In this document: positions 50,101 through 59,339 of the stretch, in pieces
Layout of the letters: each line of letters starts with the position of its first letter
How positions within the stretch are numbered: position 1 is the stretch's first letter
Source: an uncultured bacterium
GTDB taxonomy: Bacteria; Bacillota_I; Bacilli_A; RFN20; CAG-826
Length of the DNA stretch: 64,000 bases
Reading direction: 5' to 3'
Assembly (NCBI GenBank): GCA_949296775.1
Contig: CASFQA010000005.1
Location: 3,320 to 67,319 of the forward strand
Made by a program: the position numbers and the translations under genes
Notes under the pieces: model-generated
Database searches by the model: none
What the model was told of the DNA's origin: nothing
Seen by the model: only the letters and a program-made list of their open reading frames with translations

Positions 50101-50859
50101 CGAGAAGATGTCGGAAAGGGCATCGGTCGCCTTGGCGAAGGATTCCTTGGCCAAGGAGTTCTCGAGGGCTTTCGACTCGCCGAAGAGGTTCTTCAGCTGA
50201 TCGACCCCATCGAAGCCCAAGGCTTTGAAGAATTCGGTCGCCGGCATTTTCCGTTGCCGGTCAATCCGGACATAGGGGACGAGCTTGGAATCGGTCTCAA
50301 ACTGGAGCCAAGTGCCGCGGTTCGGGGTGATTTCGCCGAAATATACGTGACCGGCCTCGCCAGTATCGAATTCCTCTTTGAAATAGGAACCCGGCGAACG
50401 GACGATTTGGGAAATGACCGCCCGGACCGCCCCATTGATGATGAAGGTGCCGGATTCGGTCATCTTCGGAAGGTCGCCCATGTAGAGCTCGGCTTCCTTG
50501 ATTTCCTTGGTGTCGTTGAAAATGAGGCGGAGAGTGACTTTCAGCTTGCTTGAATAATCGCTGGAGTGCTCCCGGCACTCGGCTGGGGTCTGCTTCGGTT
50601 CCTCGAGGCGGCAGCCGACATAGTCAACGGTGATGTTGCCGGAATTGGATTGGATTGGGAAAATCTCCTTGAAGACTTCGTCGATTCCTTTGTCGATGAG
50701 CCATTGATAGGAATCGGTTTGGATTTCGACGAGGTTGGGGAGATCGAGATGGCCGGAGATTTTCGAGAAATTGATCCGACCATTGATGCCGACCGGATAT
50801 TCTTTGCCATCCGGGCCAGCATAATGGGTGAACGGGATGATGTTGTCTTGTTCGGGCAT
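47101..50859 (-). CDS. rpoB: RNA polymerase beta subunit
   Basis: SQFMDQ, GDKMSGRHGNKG, GGQRFGEME. Confidence 0.99.
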   Translation of the reverse strand: MPEQDNIIPFTHYAGPDGKEYPVGINGRINFSKISGHLDLPNLVEIQTDSYQWLIDKGIDEVFKEIFPIQSNSGNITVDYVGCRLEEPKQTPAECREHSSDYSSKLKVTLRLIFNDTKEIKEAELYMGDLPKMTESGTFIINGAVRAVISQIVRSPGSYFKEEFDTGEAGHVYFGEITPNRGTWLQFETDSKLVPYVRIDRQRKMPATEFFKALGFDGVDQLKNLFGESKALENSLAKESFAKATDALSDIFSKLKPGEPQTNEGNIAFIYNKFFNDKQYDLGRAGRFKYTQKLGLYERLPGRVLAQDLKGFDENGEEVTLFKSGHKLSAEEVEHLRDIEFFENGACQYTLEPNPNIGLDPDHRTVNIVKVYAHDNPSEHVCQMIGTDTNLTISRVTIPDMVACFSYFLNVMDGLGNTDDIDHLGNRRVRCVGELLQNQFRVGLAKMVKTIQQKLTVTDLNFTLQSVVNVRPLRSAIREFFSTSNLSQFMDQVNPLAELTNKRRISALGPGGLTRDRASIEVRDVHYTHYGRLCPIESPEGQNIGLINYLCSYAKVDEHGFIKTPYRIVYHVGNKAYVSDSKCGCHYLTADDERGLYIAEANVSLGEPVLASSVGIKDAEKDEMVKEILDDELTVRHDEDNLMVGRDRINYVDVSPKQIVSIGAASIPFLAHDDATRALMGANMQRQAIPLLRPSVPYVGTGMEAIIAKDSGEAVVAVKDGTVTFVDSSTIVTQSLNEDPVTYRLEKFQSSNQDTCFNQIPIVKAGDEVKKGQIIADGPAMRGGELSLGQNVLVAYMTWNGFNYEDAVIMSERMVKEDTFTSVHISHYDCECHIGKLGNDEITRDIPNVGEEAKAFLDERGIIIPGAEVKEGDILVGKVAPKGQTEPTPEEKLLMAIFAEKTKEGKDESKRVPHGGAGIVHAVKIFSRKNGDTLPAGVSEMVRVYIVQKRKISEGDKMSGRHGNKGVISKILPVEDMPFLADGTPIDILLSPMGVPSRMNIGQILEIHLGLACRKLHMRVATPAFDGVSNEELADIMKKAGLAEDGKTVLYDGRTGEPFAERISVGVQYMIKLNHMVIDKLHARATGPYALVTQQPLGGKAQNGGQRFGEMEVWALEAYGAAHTLQEMLTIKSDDRVGRRKTYESIIKGNPIPTPGMPEAFRVLTKELMGLGLDVKLFDKAGKKIDMDVLVRNNIELERRTNSSIRKTMSPTEPEVDPTASIAINRDDMPVFSEETLAEEGLSITSGGESNE

Positions 50860-50869
50860 TGTGGACTCC

Positions 50870-51466
50870 TTACTTGGTCGCGATGAGGATGCGATATCCT
50901 TTTTTCTGCCTGGCGAGCTCGACTTTCGAGAAGAGGGACTCCAGGTAGGTTTGGCAAGACGCGGCGCCTTGCTTGTTTCGGATGACTAGGATCAACCGGC
51001 CACCTTCATTAAGATGGCCGAGCGCGCCCGCGTACATCGCGTAGGTGACTTTCTTCCCCGCCCGGATGGGTGGGTTGGTGACGATGGTCGAGAAAGTCGT
51101 CTGAATGGCGGAATAGACGTCGGATTCGACGATGGTCACCCGGGAGGAAACCCCGAATGATTCGGCGTTTTTCCGCGCCAATTCCAGCGCCCTAGTGTTC
51201 ACGTCGGCTAAAGTGACGTGGCAGTTGGGCTGGAAGGAGGCGAGAATCAGGCCGATCGGCCCGATCCCGCAGCCGAGATCGAGGAGCTGGTCCCCAAGAT
51301 CGGTCTTGACTATGGTTTCAAGCAGCAATCTGCTACCATCGTCAAGGCCATCTTTCGAGAAGACCCCGGCGTCGCTATGGAAGAGGAATTCCTTTCCGAG
51401 GAACGTTACTTTGTAAGTCGTTTCCCTGTGCTTCAAGGACTCGACGTTATCGAAGTATTGCGGCAT
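50870..51466 (-). CDS. Class I SAM methyltransferase (YbxB/RsmC-like)
   Basis: GVFSK..LD.GS, LDLGCGIG, TNPPIRAGK; conserved slot between rplL and rpoB. Confidence 0.9.
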   Translation of the reverse strand: MPQYFDNVESLKHRETTYKVTFLGKEFLFHSDAGVFSKDGLDDGSRLLLETIVKTDLGDQLLDLGCGIGPIGLILASFQPNCHVTLADVNTRALELARKNAESFGVSSRVTIVESDVYSAIQTTFSTIVTNPPIRAGKKVTYAMYAGALGHLNEGGRLILVIRNKQGAASCQTYLESLFSKVELARQKKGYRILIATK

Positions 51467-51543
51467 TGGATATCCCCCTTGGAAGCGCAATAACCCACCC
51501 CAGGCTTACACCTGGGGCGGGCATTGATTCGTTGTAAGCGAGA

Positions 51544-51924
51544 TTACTTGATCTCGACTTCGGCGCCGGCGGCGACGAGGGCTTTCTTGTGCTCCTCGGC
51601 TTCGACCGGGCTGATGTGCTCCTTGACCGGAGCCGGGACGCCGTCGACGAGCTTCTTGGCATCCATGAGGCCGAGGCCGGTGATGGCCTGGACGGCTTTG
51701 ATGATGGCGACCTTCGAGCCGGTGCCGAGCCCTTTGAGGATGAGGGAGACTTCGGTCGGTCCTTTGGCGACCGGGCCTTCTTCCTCAGCCGGAGCAGCGG
51801 CCGCGACCGGGGCGGCGGCGGTGACGCCGAATTCCTCTTCGACGGCCTTGACGAGGTCATTGAGCTCGAGGACCGTGTACTCTTTCAAAGAGGCGATGAT
51901 TTCTTCTTTGGTTAATTTAGCCAT
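51544..51924 (-). CDS. rplL: 50S ribosomal protein L7/L12
   Basis: [28 protein letters not shown]. Confidence 0.99.
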   Translation of the reverse strand: MAKLTKEEIIASLKEYTVLELNDLVKAVEEEFGVTAAAPVAAAAPAEEEGPVAKGPTEVSLILKGLGTGSKVAIIKAVQAITGLGLMDAKKLVDGVPAPVKEHISPVEAEEHKKALVAAGAEVEIK

Positions 51925-51940
51925 TGTGGTTTTCCTCCAT

Positions 51941-52450
51941 TTACTTGGCGCCTTCGGTGGCGGGGGCGCCTTTGTCCGCGATCGCCTTGACGGCGGCGGC
52001 GAAGCTGGTGAGCGGTGCGTTCAAGCACGATAGGAACATGGCGAGCATGCCGTTCTTGTCCGGGAGCTTGCTGATCTCCTTGACCTTAGCCGCATCGAGG
52101 ACCTGTCCTTCGGCGATGCCGCCTTTGATGACGAGGTGCTCGTGGAAGCGGGAGAATTTGGCCAAGGCTTTCGGGCCTTTGGAGAGGTCTTCCGAGAAGA
52201 CGAATCCGTTCGGGCCTTCGAGCAATTCGCCGAGATCGGGCTGATCGGCCTCTTTGAGGGCGCGGCGGACCATGGTGTTCTTGTAAACGGTGATGGTCGC
52301 CCCGACCCCTTCGAGGGTCCGGCGCAGCTCTTGCATCTCAGCGACGGTGAGCCCCTGGTAGGACACGACGGTGAAGGAAGCGGATTTGCTAAGCGAATCT
52401 TTGATCGCGGCAACCGCGTCTTTCTTGGCTTGCAGGGCTTTCTGGTTCAT
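51941..52450 (-). CDS. rplJ: 50S ribosomal protein L10
   Basis: YQGLTV, VYKNT, LP.K motifs; position in operon. Confidence 0.97.
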   Translation of the reverse strand: MNQKALQAKKDAVAAIKDSLSKSASFTVVSYQGLTVAEMQELRRTLEGVGATITVYKNTMVRRALKEADQPDLGELLEGPNGFVFSEDLSKGPKALAKFSRFHEHLVIKGGIAEGQVLDAAKVKEISKLPDKNGMLAMFLSCLNAPLTSFAAAVKAIADKGAPATEGAK

Positions 52451-52514
52451 GTTTCTACCTCCTTTCGTTGATGTATGTGAAGCTTCAATATAACTAGCGG
52501 GTTATCGTGAATTA

Positions 52515-52575
52515 CATCTACAACCTCAGCAGGGTGGATTTTTAAGGCACTTGCCCCCGGCTATCTTAGGTATAC
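52515..52575 (-). promoter_or_regulatory. L10 leader RNA (autogenous control element)
   Basis: CCTAAGATAGCCGGGGG...TTAA...CCCTGCTGAGG between rplA and rplJ resembles the L10-leader kink-turn consensus. Confidence 0.8.
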
Positions 52576-52594
52576 GAAGCCATTCACCAAGTGA

Positions 52595-53287
52595 TTAGTT
52601 GCGACCCGGGAAGGTGATCGCGACCGCCGGCCCCATGGTGGTGGAGATGGCGGCGTTGAGGATGAAGGTGCCCTTGACGGTGCTCGGGCGGGATTTGGCG
52701 ATATGGTCGGTGACGGCGACGAGGTTATCCATCAGATCGGCGTCGGAGAAGGAGACTTTGGCGATCGGCATCGCGAGGTTGCCATCCCGGTCGACCCGGT
52801 AGGCGATCTTGCCCTTCTTGATGTCGGTGACGGCGGTCTTGACGTCCATGGTGACGGTGCCGGTCTTGGGGTTCGGCATCAAGCCTTTCGGACCGAGGAC
52901 CCGGCCCATTTTCCCGAGTTCGCCCATCATGTCCGGAGTGGCGACGATGACGTCGAAGGCGAACCAGTTCTCGCGTTGGATCTTCTCGAGGATCTCTTTG
53001 CCCCCGACATAATCCGCCCCCGCTTCCTTGGCCTCATCGGCTTTGGCGTTGGTGACGACGAGGACCCGTTTGGTCTTGCCGTTGCCATGGGGAAGGGTGA
53101 TGGTCCCGCGGATCAATTGATCGGCGAGGGTCGGGTTGACGTTGAGGTTGAAGCTGATATCGACGGAAGCATCGAACTTGGTGGTCGAGGTTTCCTTGAC
53201 CAATTTGATGGCTTCGGCGAGTTCGTAGACTTTGCCGGCCTCGATCTTCTTGGCGGCTTCTTGGTACTTCTTGCTGAATTTTTTCAT
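52595..53287 (-). CDS. rplA: 50S ribosomal protein L1
   Basis: LPHGNGK, LGPKGLMPNPKTGTVT, STTMGP. Confidence 0.99.
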   Translation of the reverse strand: MKKFSKKYQEAAKKIEAGKVYELAEAIKLVKETSTTKFDASVDISFNLNVNPTLADQLIRGTITLPHGNGKTKRVLVVTNAKADEAKEAGADYVGGKEILEKIQRENWFAFDVIVATPDMMGELGKMGRVLGPKGLMPNPKTGTVTMDVKTAVTDIKKGKIAYRVDRDGNLAMPIAKVSFSDADLMDNLVAVTDHIAKSRPSTVKGTFILNAAISTTMGPAVAITFPGRN

Positions 53288-53298
53288 CTTGGCTCTCC

Positions 53299-53709
53299 TT
53301 AGCGATCGATGGCGATCCCCATTTGCTTGCAGGTGCCTTCGACGATTTTCTTCGCGGCCTCGATGTCCTCGGTGTTGAAGTCGGGCAGCTTGTACTTGGC
53401 GATCTCCTCGAGTTGCGCCTCGCTGATGTGGCCAACGATGGTCTTGGCGTTGCTAGACCCTTTCTTGATGCCGGCGGCTTTGAGGATCCGCTCGGCGACC
53501 GGGCTGGTCTTAATGACGAAGTCGTAGGACTTGTCTTCGTAGGCGGTGATGATGACCGGAACGGTTTCGCCCCGACGGTCGCCGGTCTTGGCGTTGAAGT
53601 CGGTGCAGAACTTGTTCATGACGACGCCCGCGGAAGCGAGCTTCGGGCCGGGATGGGCTTCCCCGCCAGGGAGCTCCATCTTGACGACTTTGACGATTTT
53701 CTTGCTCAT
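53299..53709 (-). CDS. rplK: 50S ribosomal protein L11
   Basis: FC.DFNAKT, VPV.IT.YEDKS, GT...MGI; start at ATG 53709 with AAGGAG RBS. Confidence 0.97.
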   Translation of the reverse strand: MSKKIVKVVKMELPGGEAHPGPKLASAGVVMNKFCTDFNAKTGDRRGETVPVIITAYEDKSYDFVIKTSPVAERILKAAGIKKGSSNAKTIVGHISEAQLEEIAKYKLPDFNTEDIEAAKKIVEGTCKQMGIAIDR

Positions 53710-53736
53710 GTTTCTCTCCTTTGTGGTAGATTTCCA

Positions 53737-53775
53737 TGCAGTGGTTAAGCGGGCTTCGTCTAGCCCTCCCACGCA
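53737..53775 (-). promoter_or_regulatory. Putative L1-binding leader hairpin
   Basis: GTGGGAGGGCT...AGCCCGCTTAACCAC upstream of rplK, similar to known L1 regulatory sites. Confidence 0.65.
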
Positions 53776-53967
53776 TAACGCGTCGCGTAAAACGCGCTTG
53801 CATAGTATATGCGTGTGCGAGACAAGAAACAAAAGCTTTTTTCCAAAAGATTTATAGTTGACGCCGTTTTGTTAAAACGGAAATTGACTGATGATTGTGC
53901 TAAAACTAGTAAGATTCGGTCGCTACAATGAAAGTAATGATCATGTCAATATTTATAATTGACAATT

Positions 53968-54285
53968 TCAAATTTCAATCACGATGCGAACGTCGTCTTG
54001 CCTCGCATAGGCATTCCGGCTCGCGAGGATGCGGATCAAGGCTCAAGGCAAAGCCATTTTCGGATAGGGGCCAGATACCTCGTCGTTATATTCCTCGGTT
54101 TGTTTTTTGGTTTTCCGCAAACGCACCCTGGCCTCCTTGGCTTGATAGTCGGATAATTTCGCTTCTACCAACGCATAACGTCCCTCTTTTAAAGCCAAAA
54201 CGACGCCGAATTCTAAGCCAATTCGATCGCGGTAATGGCAAACATTGACCCCGAAGCTCGATGAATAAACCCGCAGATCCCTAGT
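53968..54285 (-). pseudogene. Degenerate 3' remnant of a DUF4143 AAA ATPase
   Basis: Manual translation RDLRVYSSSFGVNVCHYRDRIGLEFGVVLALKEGRYALVEAKL...MALP*ALIRILASRNAYARQDDVRIV (TGA at 54043-54045). Confidence 0.75.
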
Positions 54286-54350
54286 GTTTTAGCCATTTTT
54301 TACTTCAGTGTTTTGATTTCTTTGAATCTTATATTGGCAATGACTGGTTT

Positions 54351-56243
54351 CTAATTGGCTCTTCCAAGGCCGAGCAGCAATGACGACAATATCATCAATA
54401 ACGCCAAACCGGAATCGGCCAGCACCGCCACCCATAAGGGCAAGGTGAATAATGCCGTGGCTGAGGCGACGATGGAGACGATCATGACGGCGATCTTGAC
54501 CACTATGGAAAAGGCGATGTTGAATCCGGCCCGATTCTTGGTCCTCTTCGCCACCTTCAATAAAGTCAGGATCTTCTTCGGGTCGTCATTAAGGATGACG
54601 CAGTCGGCGTTGGCGACCGCCGCGTCCGAGCCTAAGCCGCCCATGGCGATCCCGACGTCGCTGATGGCGATCGAGGCGGCGTCGTTGATGCCGTCCCCGA
54701 CATACCCGACCCGGCCGTTGCCGTTCTTGATTAAGCGATCCAAGGAGGCGACTTTCTCCTCTGGCTTCAGCTCACCCTGAATTTGGAGAAAGCCCAATTG
54801 CTCACCGATGGCTTTGGCGTTGGCTTGCTTATCCCCTGAAAGCAATACCGTTTTGATACCCTGGGAATTCAATCCTTTGATCGTTGAGGGAGAGTTGGGC
54901 TTGATCCGGTCGCCAAGGACGCAATAACCGGCGTCTTTCCCGTCAACCGTTAGCCCTACCACCGTCCCTTGGGCGGAGATATGCGCGGTGCTTCCGGTCT
55001 TTCCGCAGAACAAGGCATGTCCTTTATAAATGGCTTTCACCCCTTGCCCGGCGATGTCCTCCATCCCGCTGACTAAGGATTGATCGATGGAGCAAAGGGA
55101 TTTCAAGCAAGAAGCCACCGGGTGATTGGAGATGGTCTCGGCCGCGGCGGCGTATTCGAAGAATTGCTCTTGGCTAATCCCTTCCGGATGAACCTCCAGC
55201 ACCTCGAACTTCCCTTCGGTCAGGGTTCCGGTTTTGTCGAAGGCCATGGTTTTCAATTCGTTCAGCTGATCGAAATAGGCTGCCCCTTTGACCAAAATCC
55301 CCGACTTCGAAGCTAAGCCGAGCCCCGAGAAATAGGCTAAGGGAACCGAGATGACGACCGCGCAGGGGCAAGAGACGACGAGGAAAGAGAGGGCGGTCCG
55401 AATCCAAGCGACCCAAGTCGCCCCATCGCCTATCCCGATGAATAGGGGCGGAATCGCCATAACCAAAATCGCAACCCCCATGACAATCGGGGTGTAGTAT
55501 TTGGCGAATTTGCTGATGAAGCGGGTGACCTTGCTTTTCTTCTCGGCCGAATTCTCGACCAGGTCGAGCAATTTGGCGACGGTCGAATCGGCATAGGCCT
55601 TGCTGGCCTCGACCTCCAATGAGCCTTTGGCAAGCAGGGTTCCGCTCGATACTGAATCGCGGGCGGATTTGGCAACCGGGACGAACTCCCCGGTCAAGGA
55701 GGATTCATCGACTTCCCCCTCGCCTTTAACAATTATGCCGTCGCAAAGGACCTTGTCCCCCGCCCCGATCAAGACCAAATCCCCAGGGAGGATATCGACG
55801 GCGTCTTTCTCGACTATTTTCCCGTCCACCCGGACCTTGGCTTTTTCTTCCCGAAGGTCGATGGCCTTGGTGATGGCCCTCTTGGATTTATCCTCGGCTA
55901 AGTCCTCAAAGAACTCGCCCACTTGATAAAGCAGGATGACCAAGACCCCTTCGAGATACTCGTTGTAATCCGGCCCGAAACAGCGCAAGGCAAAGGCCCC
56001 AATCGAGGCCACCACCATCAAGGTGCATTCGTTAAAGGGGTTATGCTCGAAGACGATTTCCTTGAAAGCTTTGATGATGACGTCATAGGCGATGAACAGA
56101 TAGCTTGCCAACATGACGATGAGGTTGACGTAGAAAGGAAAGTTTCGCTCGTTTAAATATAAGGTTCCAAGCAGCAGCAAAACGATCGATAGCAAAGCCC
56201 GCGACAGCAAAAAGACGATTTCCTTCTTCCGGTTATCTTCCAT
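54351..56243 (-). CDS. cadA: P1B-type heavy-metal (Cd/Zn/Co) transporting ATPase
   Basis: LTGE, SCPC, DKTGTLT, HP, GDGIND; no N-terminal HMA domain; start at ATG 56243. Confidence 0.9.
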   Translation of the reverse strand: MEDNRKKEIVFLLSRALLSIVLLLLGTLYLNERNFPFYVNLIVMLASYLFIAYDVIIKAFKEIVFEHNPFNECTLMVVASIGAFALRCFGPDYNEYLEGVLVILLYQVGEFFEDLAEDKSKRAITKAIDLREEKAKVRVDGKIVEKDAVDILPGDLVLIGAGDKVLCDGIIVKGEGEVDESSLTGEFVPVAKSARDSVSSGTLLAKGSLEVEASKAYADSTVAKLLDLVENSAEKKSKVTRFISKFAKYYTPIVMGVAILVMAIPPLFIGIGDGATWVAWIRTALSFLVVSCPCAVVISVPLAYFSGLGLASKSGILVKGAAYFDQLNELKTMAFDKTGTLTEGKFEVLEVHPEGISQEQFFEYAAAAETISNHPVASCLKSLCSIDQSLVSGMEDIAGQGVKAIYKGHALFCGKTGSTAHISAQGTVVGLTVDGKDAGYCVLGDRIKPNSPSTIKGLNSQGIKTVLLSGDKQANAKAIGEQLGFLQIQGELKPEEKVASLDRLIKNGNGRVGYVGDGINDAASIAISDVGIAMGGLGSDAAVANADCVILNDDPKKILTLLKVAKRTKNRAGFNIAFSIVVKIAVMIVSIVASATALFTLPLWVAVLADSGLALLMILSSLLLGLGRAN

Positions 56244-56247
56244 ATCC

Positions 56248-56544
56248 TCACTCCTCGCAGACGTGCTCGCACACGAGGTCGAGCAATTTGACGACATGCT
56301 CGTCGGCCAAAGAATAATAAACCGAGGTCCCCTGTCGCCTAGTCCAAACCAAATTGGCTTTCCTTAGAGTCTGCAATTGGTGGGAAACAAGCGATTGGGA
56401 CGCCCCGACTTCGCTCACGATCTCCGTCACGTTCTTCTCCCCTTCGGAAAGGACGTACATGATCTTCAAGCGGGTGAAATCGCTCGCGACGTTGAGCAGG
56501 CTTTCCATCCTGTCGATGATCTCGTCGTTTGGCATTTTGGCCAT
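56248..56544 (-). CDS. ArsR/SmtB-family metal-responsive repressor (CzrA/SmtB alpha5-like)
   Basis: D.TRLKI, SQSLVSHQL..LR, YSLADEHV...EH alpha5 site. Confidence 0.92.
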   Translation of the reverse strand: MAKMPNDEIIDRMESLLNVASDFTRLKIMYVLSEGEKNVTEIVSEVGASQSLVSHQLQTLRKANLVWTRRQGTSVYYSLADEHVVKLLDLVCEHVCEE

Positions 56545-56558
56545 GGGGTTACCTCCTT

Positions 56559-56643
56559 ATATGAACCGAAATTCATATTTCAAGGAGTAATATATGAACA
56601 TTCGCTCATATAGTCAAGAGTCAATATGAAAATTCGTTCATAA
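56559..56643. promoter_or_regulatory. Three SmtB/CzrA-type operator palindromes
   Basis: ATATGAACCGAAATTCATAT (56559), ATATGAACATTCGCTCATAT (56592), ATATGAAAATTCGTTCATAA (56624). Confidence 0.85.
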
Positions 56644-56650
56644 TTGCTGA

Positions 56651-58057
56651 CTAGCGGTCAACGTAAGTCGCCCGAATGACATAGAGATAATCGCCGAATT
56701 CGAATATCGCCCCGATGGAGGAGGCGCCGGTATAAACCGAAAGGATCAATTCCTCGACTTGGTATTCGAAGAAATATTCCGGGTGGGTTTGATGCAAGAC
56801 GACGGTCCCGTCTTGACGAATATTGTTCAACTGCTCAAGGAAATTCTCGTTCGCGGGCTGATAATCAAGATTAACGCAGGTAAAGCTCAAGGAATCGAAA
56901 GGGTCCTTGGCCCCGGAATGATCGGGGTCGATGGTCGAGTAATAGAGACCATAGAAGGCCAGTTGCTTCGCTGGGGAACCAGCCTCGGAGGCGGTAACCG
57001 AATCAAAGGCCACCTCAAACCGATAATTACTGATGGGGTTAGCCTCCACGTAAGGGAAATAGGCGGGGTAATAAACCGAATCGGAAAGGTAGGATAGATA
57101 GGAGGTGTCGTAAGTATCCCCGTCAACGAAAACGTCGATGGATTCATTGCTATAACCCATTCTCCCGTCATCGACGGTCAAACCAACGAACAAAGAGGGG
57201 TCGTATTCGTAATAAGCAAGACCGTCGATTGTCGTTTTGAATTCCGAATAAACGGCGAGCTCGGCGATCGAAGAAGGCTTGCCGATGCTATCGGAGGAAG
57301 CGTCATTGACCTCGAGAGATAAATCATAGGTTTGATCGTTAATTTGCATTTGCATCCCCGCGGATCCCGAGGTCAACGGGACGAGGCGATAAATCGCGGC
57401 GAACTGGGAATCGATGTTATAGGCGTGATAGACGGAAACGGAAGCATCGGCATTGATGACGATATCCTGATCGATATCCTCCCTATAATCGAGGATCGGG
57501 AAGTTGATCCGAAGCTGGTATTCCTCGCCAAGAGTCAATTCGGCGGTTTGCTCTTTCCCATATTCAAACACCTTGTTTGCCCCGTATATCTCGATTCCGA
57601 ACCGATAAGCGTCCGTCGCTTCCTTTTCATCGAAAGTCCGGTAACCGCAGTTTAGGCAACGCCAAGCCATCCGCTCAGAACGGGAATCGATATAACCTTC
57701 GCCGAAAAGATGATGGCCGAGCCCGCAGTCGGGGCCGAATAGTCCGCCGCTGGTGATTTGGAGCAAACTCGGCTCATCCGGCATGGCGAAGGCGAAGAAA
57801 TATCCTTCCTCCCCTTCCTTAACCGTTTGCTCGACTTCGATTTCCCCGTTTAGGAGCGCCCCAGGACGGTCAAGCCGATCGGCCGAAAGTTCGAACGTCA
57901 CCCTCTCCCCAGCCTTATATTCCCCTTCGATATCCTCAACTAGGAAATCGTAACGATCCTCAACCGTCAAAAGGTAAGTCGGCGAGCTAGAGACAGGAGG
58001 CCGGCAACCGAGCAGAAGAAGCGGAAGCAATAGAAGGGGCAAGAAACTTTTTTCCAT
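56651..58057 (-). CDS. Hypothetical surface lipoprotein
   Basis: LLGC lipobox; YKAGERVTF...FAMP beta-repeat-like module; C...HH...CxxC motif. Confidence 0.75.
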   Translation of the reverse strand: MEKSFLPLLLLPLLLLGCRPPVSSSPTYLLTVEDRYDFLVEDIEGEYKAGERVTFELSADRLDRPGALLNGEIEVEQTVKEGEEGYFFAFAMPDEPSLLQITSGGLFGPDCGLGHHLFGEGYIDSRSERMAWRCLNCGYRTFDEKEATDAYRFGIEIYGANKVFEYGKEQTAELTLGEEYQLRINFPILDYREDIDQDIVINADASVSVYHAYNIDSQFAAIYRLVPLTSGSAGMQMQINDQTYDLSLEVNDASSDSIGKPSSIAELAVYSEFKTTIDGLAYYEYDPSLFVGLTVDDGRMGYSNESIDVFVDGDTYDTSYLSYLSDSVYYPAYFPYVEANPISNYRFEVAFDSVTASEAGSPAKQLAFYGLYYSTIDPDHSGAKDPFDSLSFTCVNLDYQPANENFLEQLNNIRQDGTVVLHQTHPEYFFEYQVEELILSVYTGASSIGAIFEFGDYLYVIRATYVDR

Positions 58058-58153
58058 ATAGGGATTCTATTCTTCCTTGGCAAAAAAACTAATAAATGGC
58101 CATTGGGGAAGATAAAAAACCAAGCAAATAATGCCTCTTTTGCGGATTTTGCC

Positions 58154-58654
58154 TTAGAATTGCGCGCTTTCTAATTCGCGAAAATCCTCGGCAGAATACA
58201 AGCTGATGCCCTTTTCTTCAATCACCCCATACCCCGCTTCCCCATCGCGAGGCTTGGCGATCGAACCCGGACAAACGAGTAGCGTGTCCCCAACCCTTCC
58301 AATGCCTTTAACGTGGGTATGGCCATGCAGCACGACGTCAGCCCTTACCCTCCCGCGGACCGGATAATGGGTTAAGTAAAAGGTCTTATGGAATAAGGGC
58401 AAGGTCGCATCTTCAGGAAGGGGGAACCCTAGCCGCGATTCATCGGAAAGGTAGTCGCAATTGCCGCGAACCGCCATTATTGGGCAGCCGAGGGCAGTCA
58501 GGGTATCGCAAAATTCATCTTTATCGTCAAAAGAGCCATGGAGGATATCGCCTAGGAGGAAAACCATGTCCGGATGATGGCGCTTCGCCGCCTCCAAAAG
58601 CCGTCTTGCCCCAACTAAGGAGCCATGCAAATCCGAGGCAAAGAGGAAAACCAT
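58154..58654 (-). CDS. YfcE-family metallophosphoesterase
   Basis: SDLHG, LGDI, RGNCD, GHTH, PGSIAKPR; start at ATG 58654. Confidence 0.9.
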   Translation of the reverse strand: MVFLFASDLHGSLVGARRLLEAAKRHHPDMVFLLGDILHGSFDDKDEFCDTLTALGCPIMAVRGNCDYLSDESRLGFPLPEDATLPLFHKTFYLTHYPVRGRVRADVVLHGHTHVKGIGRVGDTLLVCPGSIAKPRDGEAGYGVIEEKGISLYSAEDFRELESAQF

Positions 58655-58693
58655 GCGACTATGATAACCCTTTAAGGTATACTTTCCCACGTT

Positions 58694-59287
58694 ATGAAAA
58701 ACGCCATCAACGCCTATGAGCAACTCCTGGACGCCTTCCATTACGCCCTCCATAGTTGGCTCAACGTCAAAATCACCGAACATGGGAACATCGAAGCCAA
58801 GGAGATGACCGCGGCCGCCTGCTTTCTCCTGGATAATCTTTACGCCAAGGAAGAGGCCGGCCCCGAACTATCGTTGCTTGCCGCCGCCGATCTCGGCAAA
58901 GCCTACAGCCCAACTCACCTGATGGACAAAGCAACCGAGATGCGGGTCTTTATGTCGGGGGAGGATTTCTCGCTCGGCCAAAGCCCCGTCCGCGACTATA
59001 TCCGCTTCGTGGCCAAAACCGAGGAAAGCATAACCAAATGCTATTCCGACAACGCCGGGAAACTGGTCGTGGTCTATGCCGATATGCTGACCAACCTCGT
59101 GGTCGAGGAATGCCCGGAGGTCCACCCGATGCGGATCGCCGAACTCGTCTTCCTCGTCATCACCGAGGAATTCGGCCGCCTCTACCGGGAAATACTCCAC
59201 AACGCCTTCCTCGCCTTAGCCAGCGCCCCTTATTTCCTCGGGGTCGAGGAAGCGATGGAACGGATAAGAAAAGAGAACAACGACTGA
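58694..59287 (+). CDS. Hypothetical protein
   Basis: 197-aa ORF with host-like codon use, divergent from the phosphoesterase and ending at a hairpin shared with nusG. Confidence 0.75.
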   Translation: MKNAINAYEQLLDAFHYALHSWLNVKITEHGNIEAKEMTAAACFLLDNLYAKEEAGPELSLLAAADLGKAYSPTHLMDKATEMRVFMSGEDFSLGQSPVRDYIRFVAKTEESITKCYSDNAGKLVVVYADMLTNLVVEECPEVHPMRIAELVFLVITEEFGRLYREILHNAFLALASAPYFLGVEEAMERIRKENND

Positions 59288-59339
59288 AGGTAGGCAAACG
59301 AAAATCCCCAACGGAATCGCCCGCTGGGGATTTGGCTTA

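Noticed and set aside
53928..54248. 106-aa + strand ORF upstream of rplK
   Set aside because: Better explained as the antisense of the decayed DUF4143 remnant on the minus strand.
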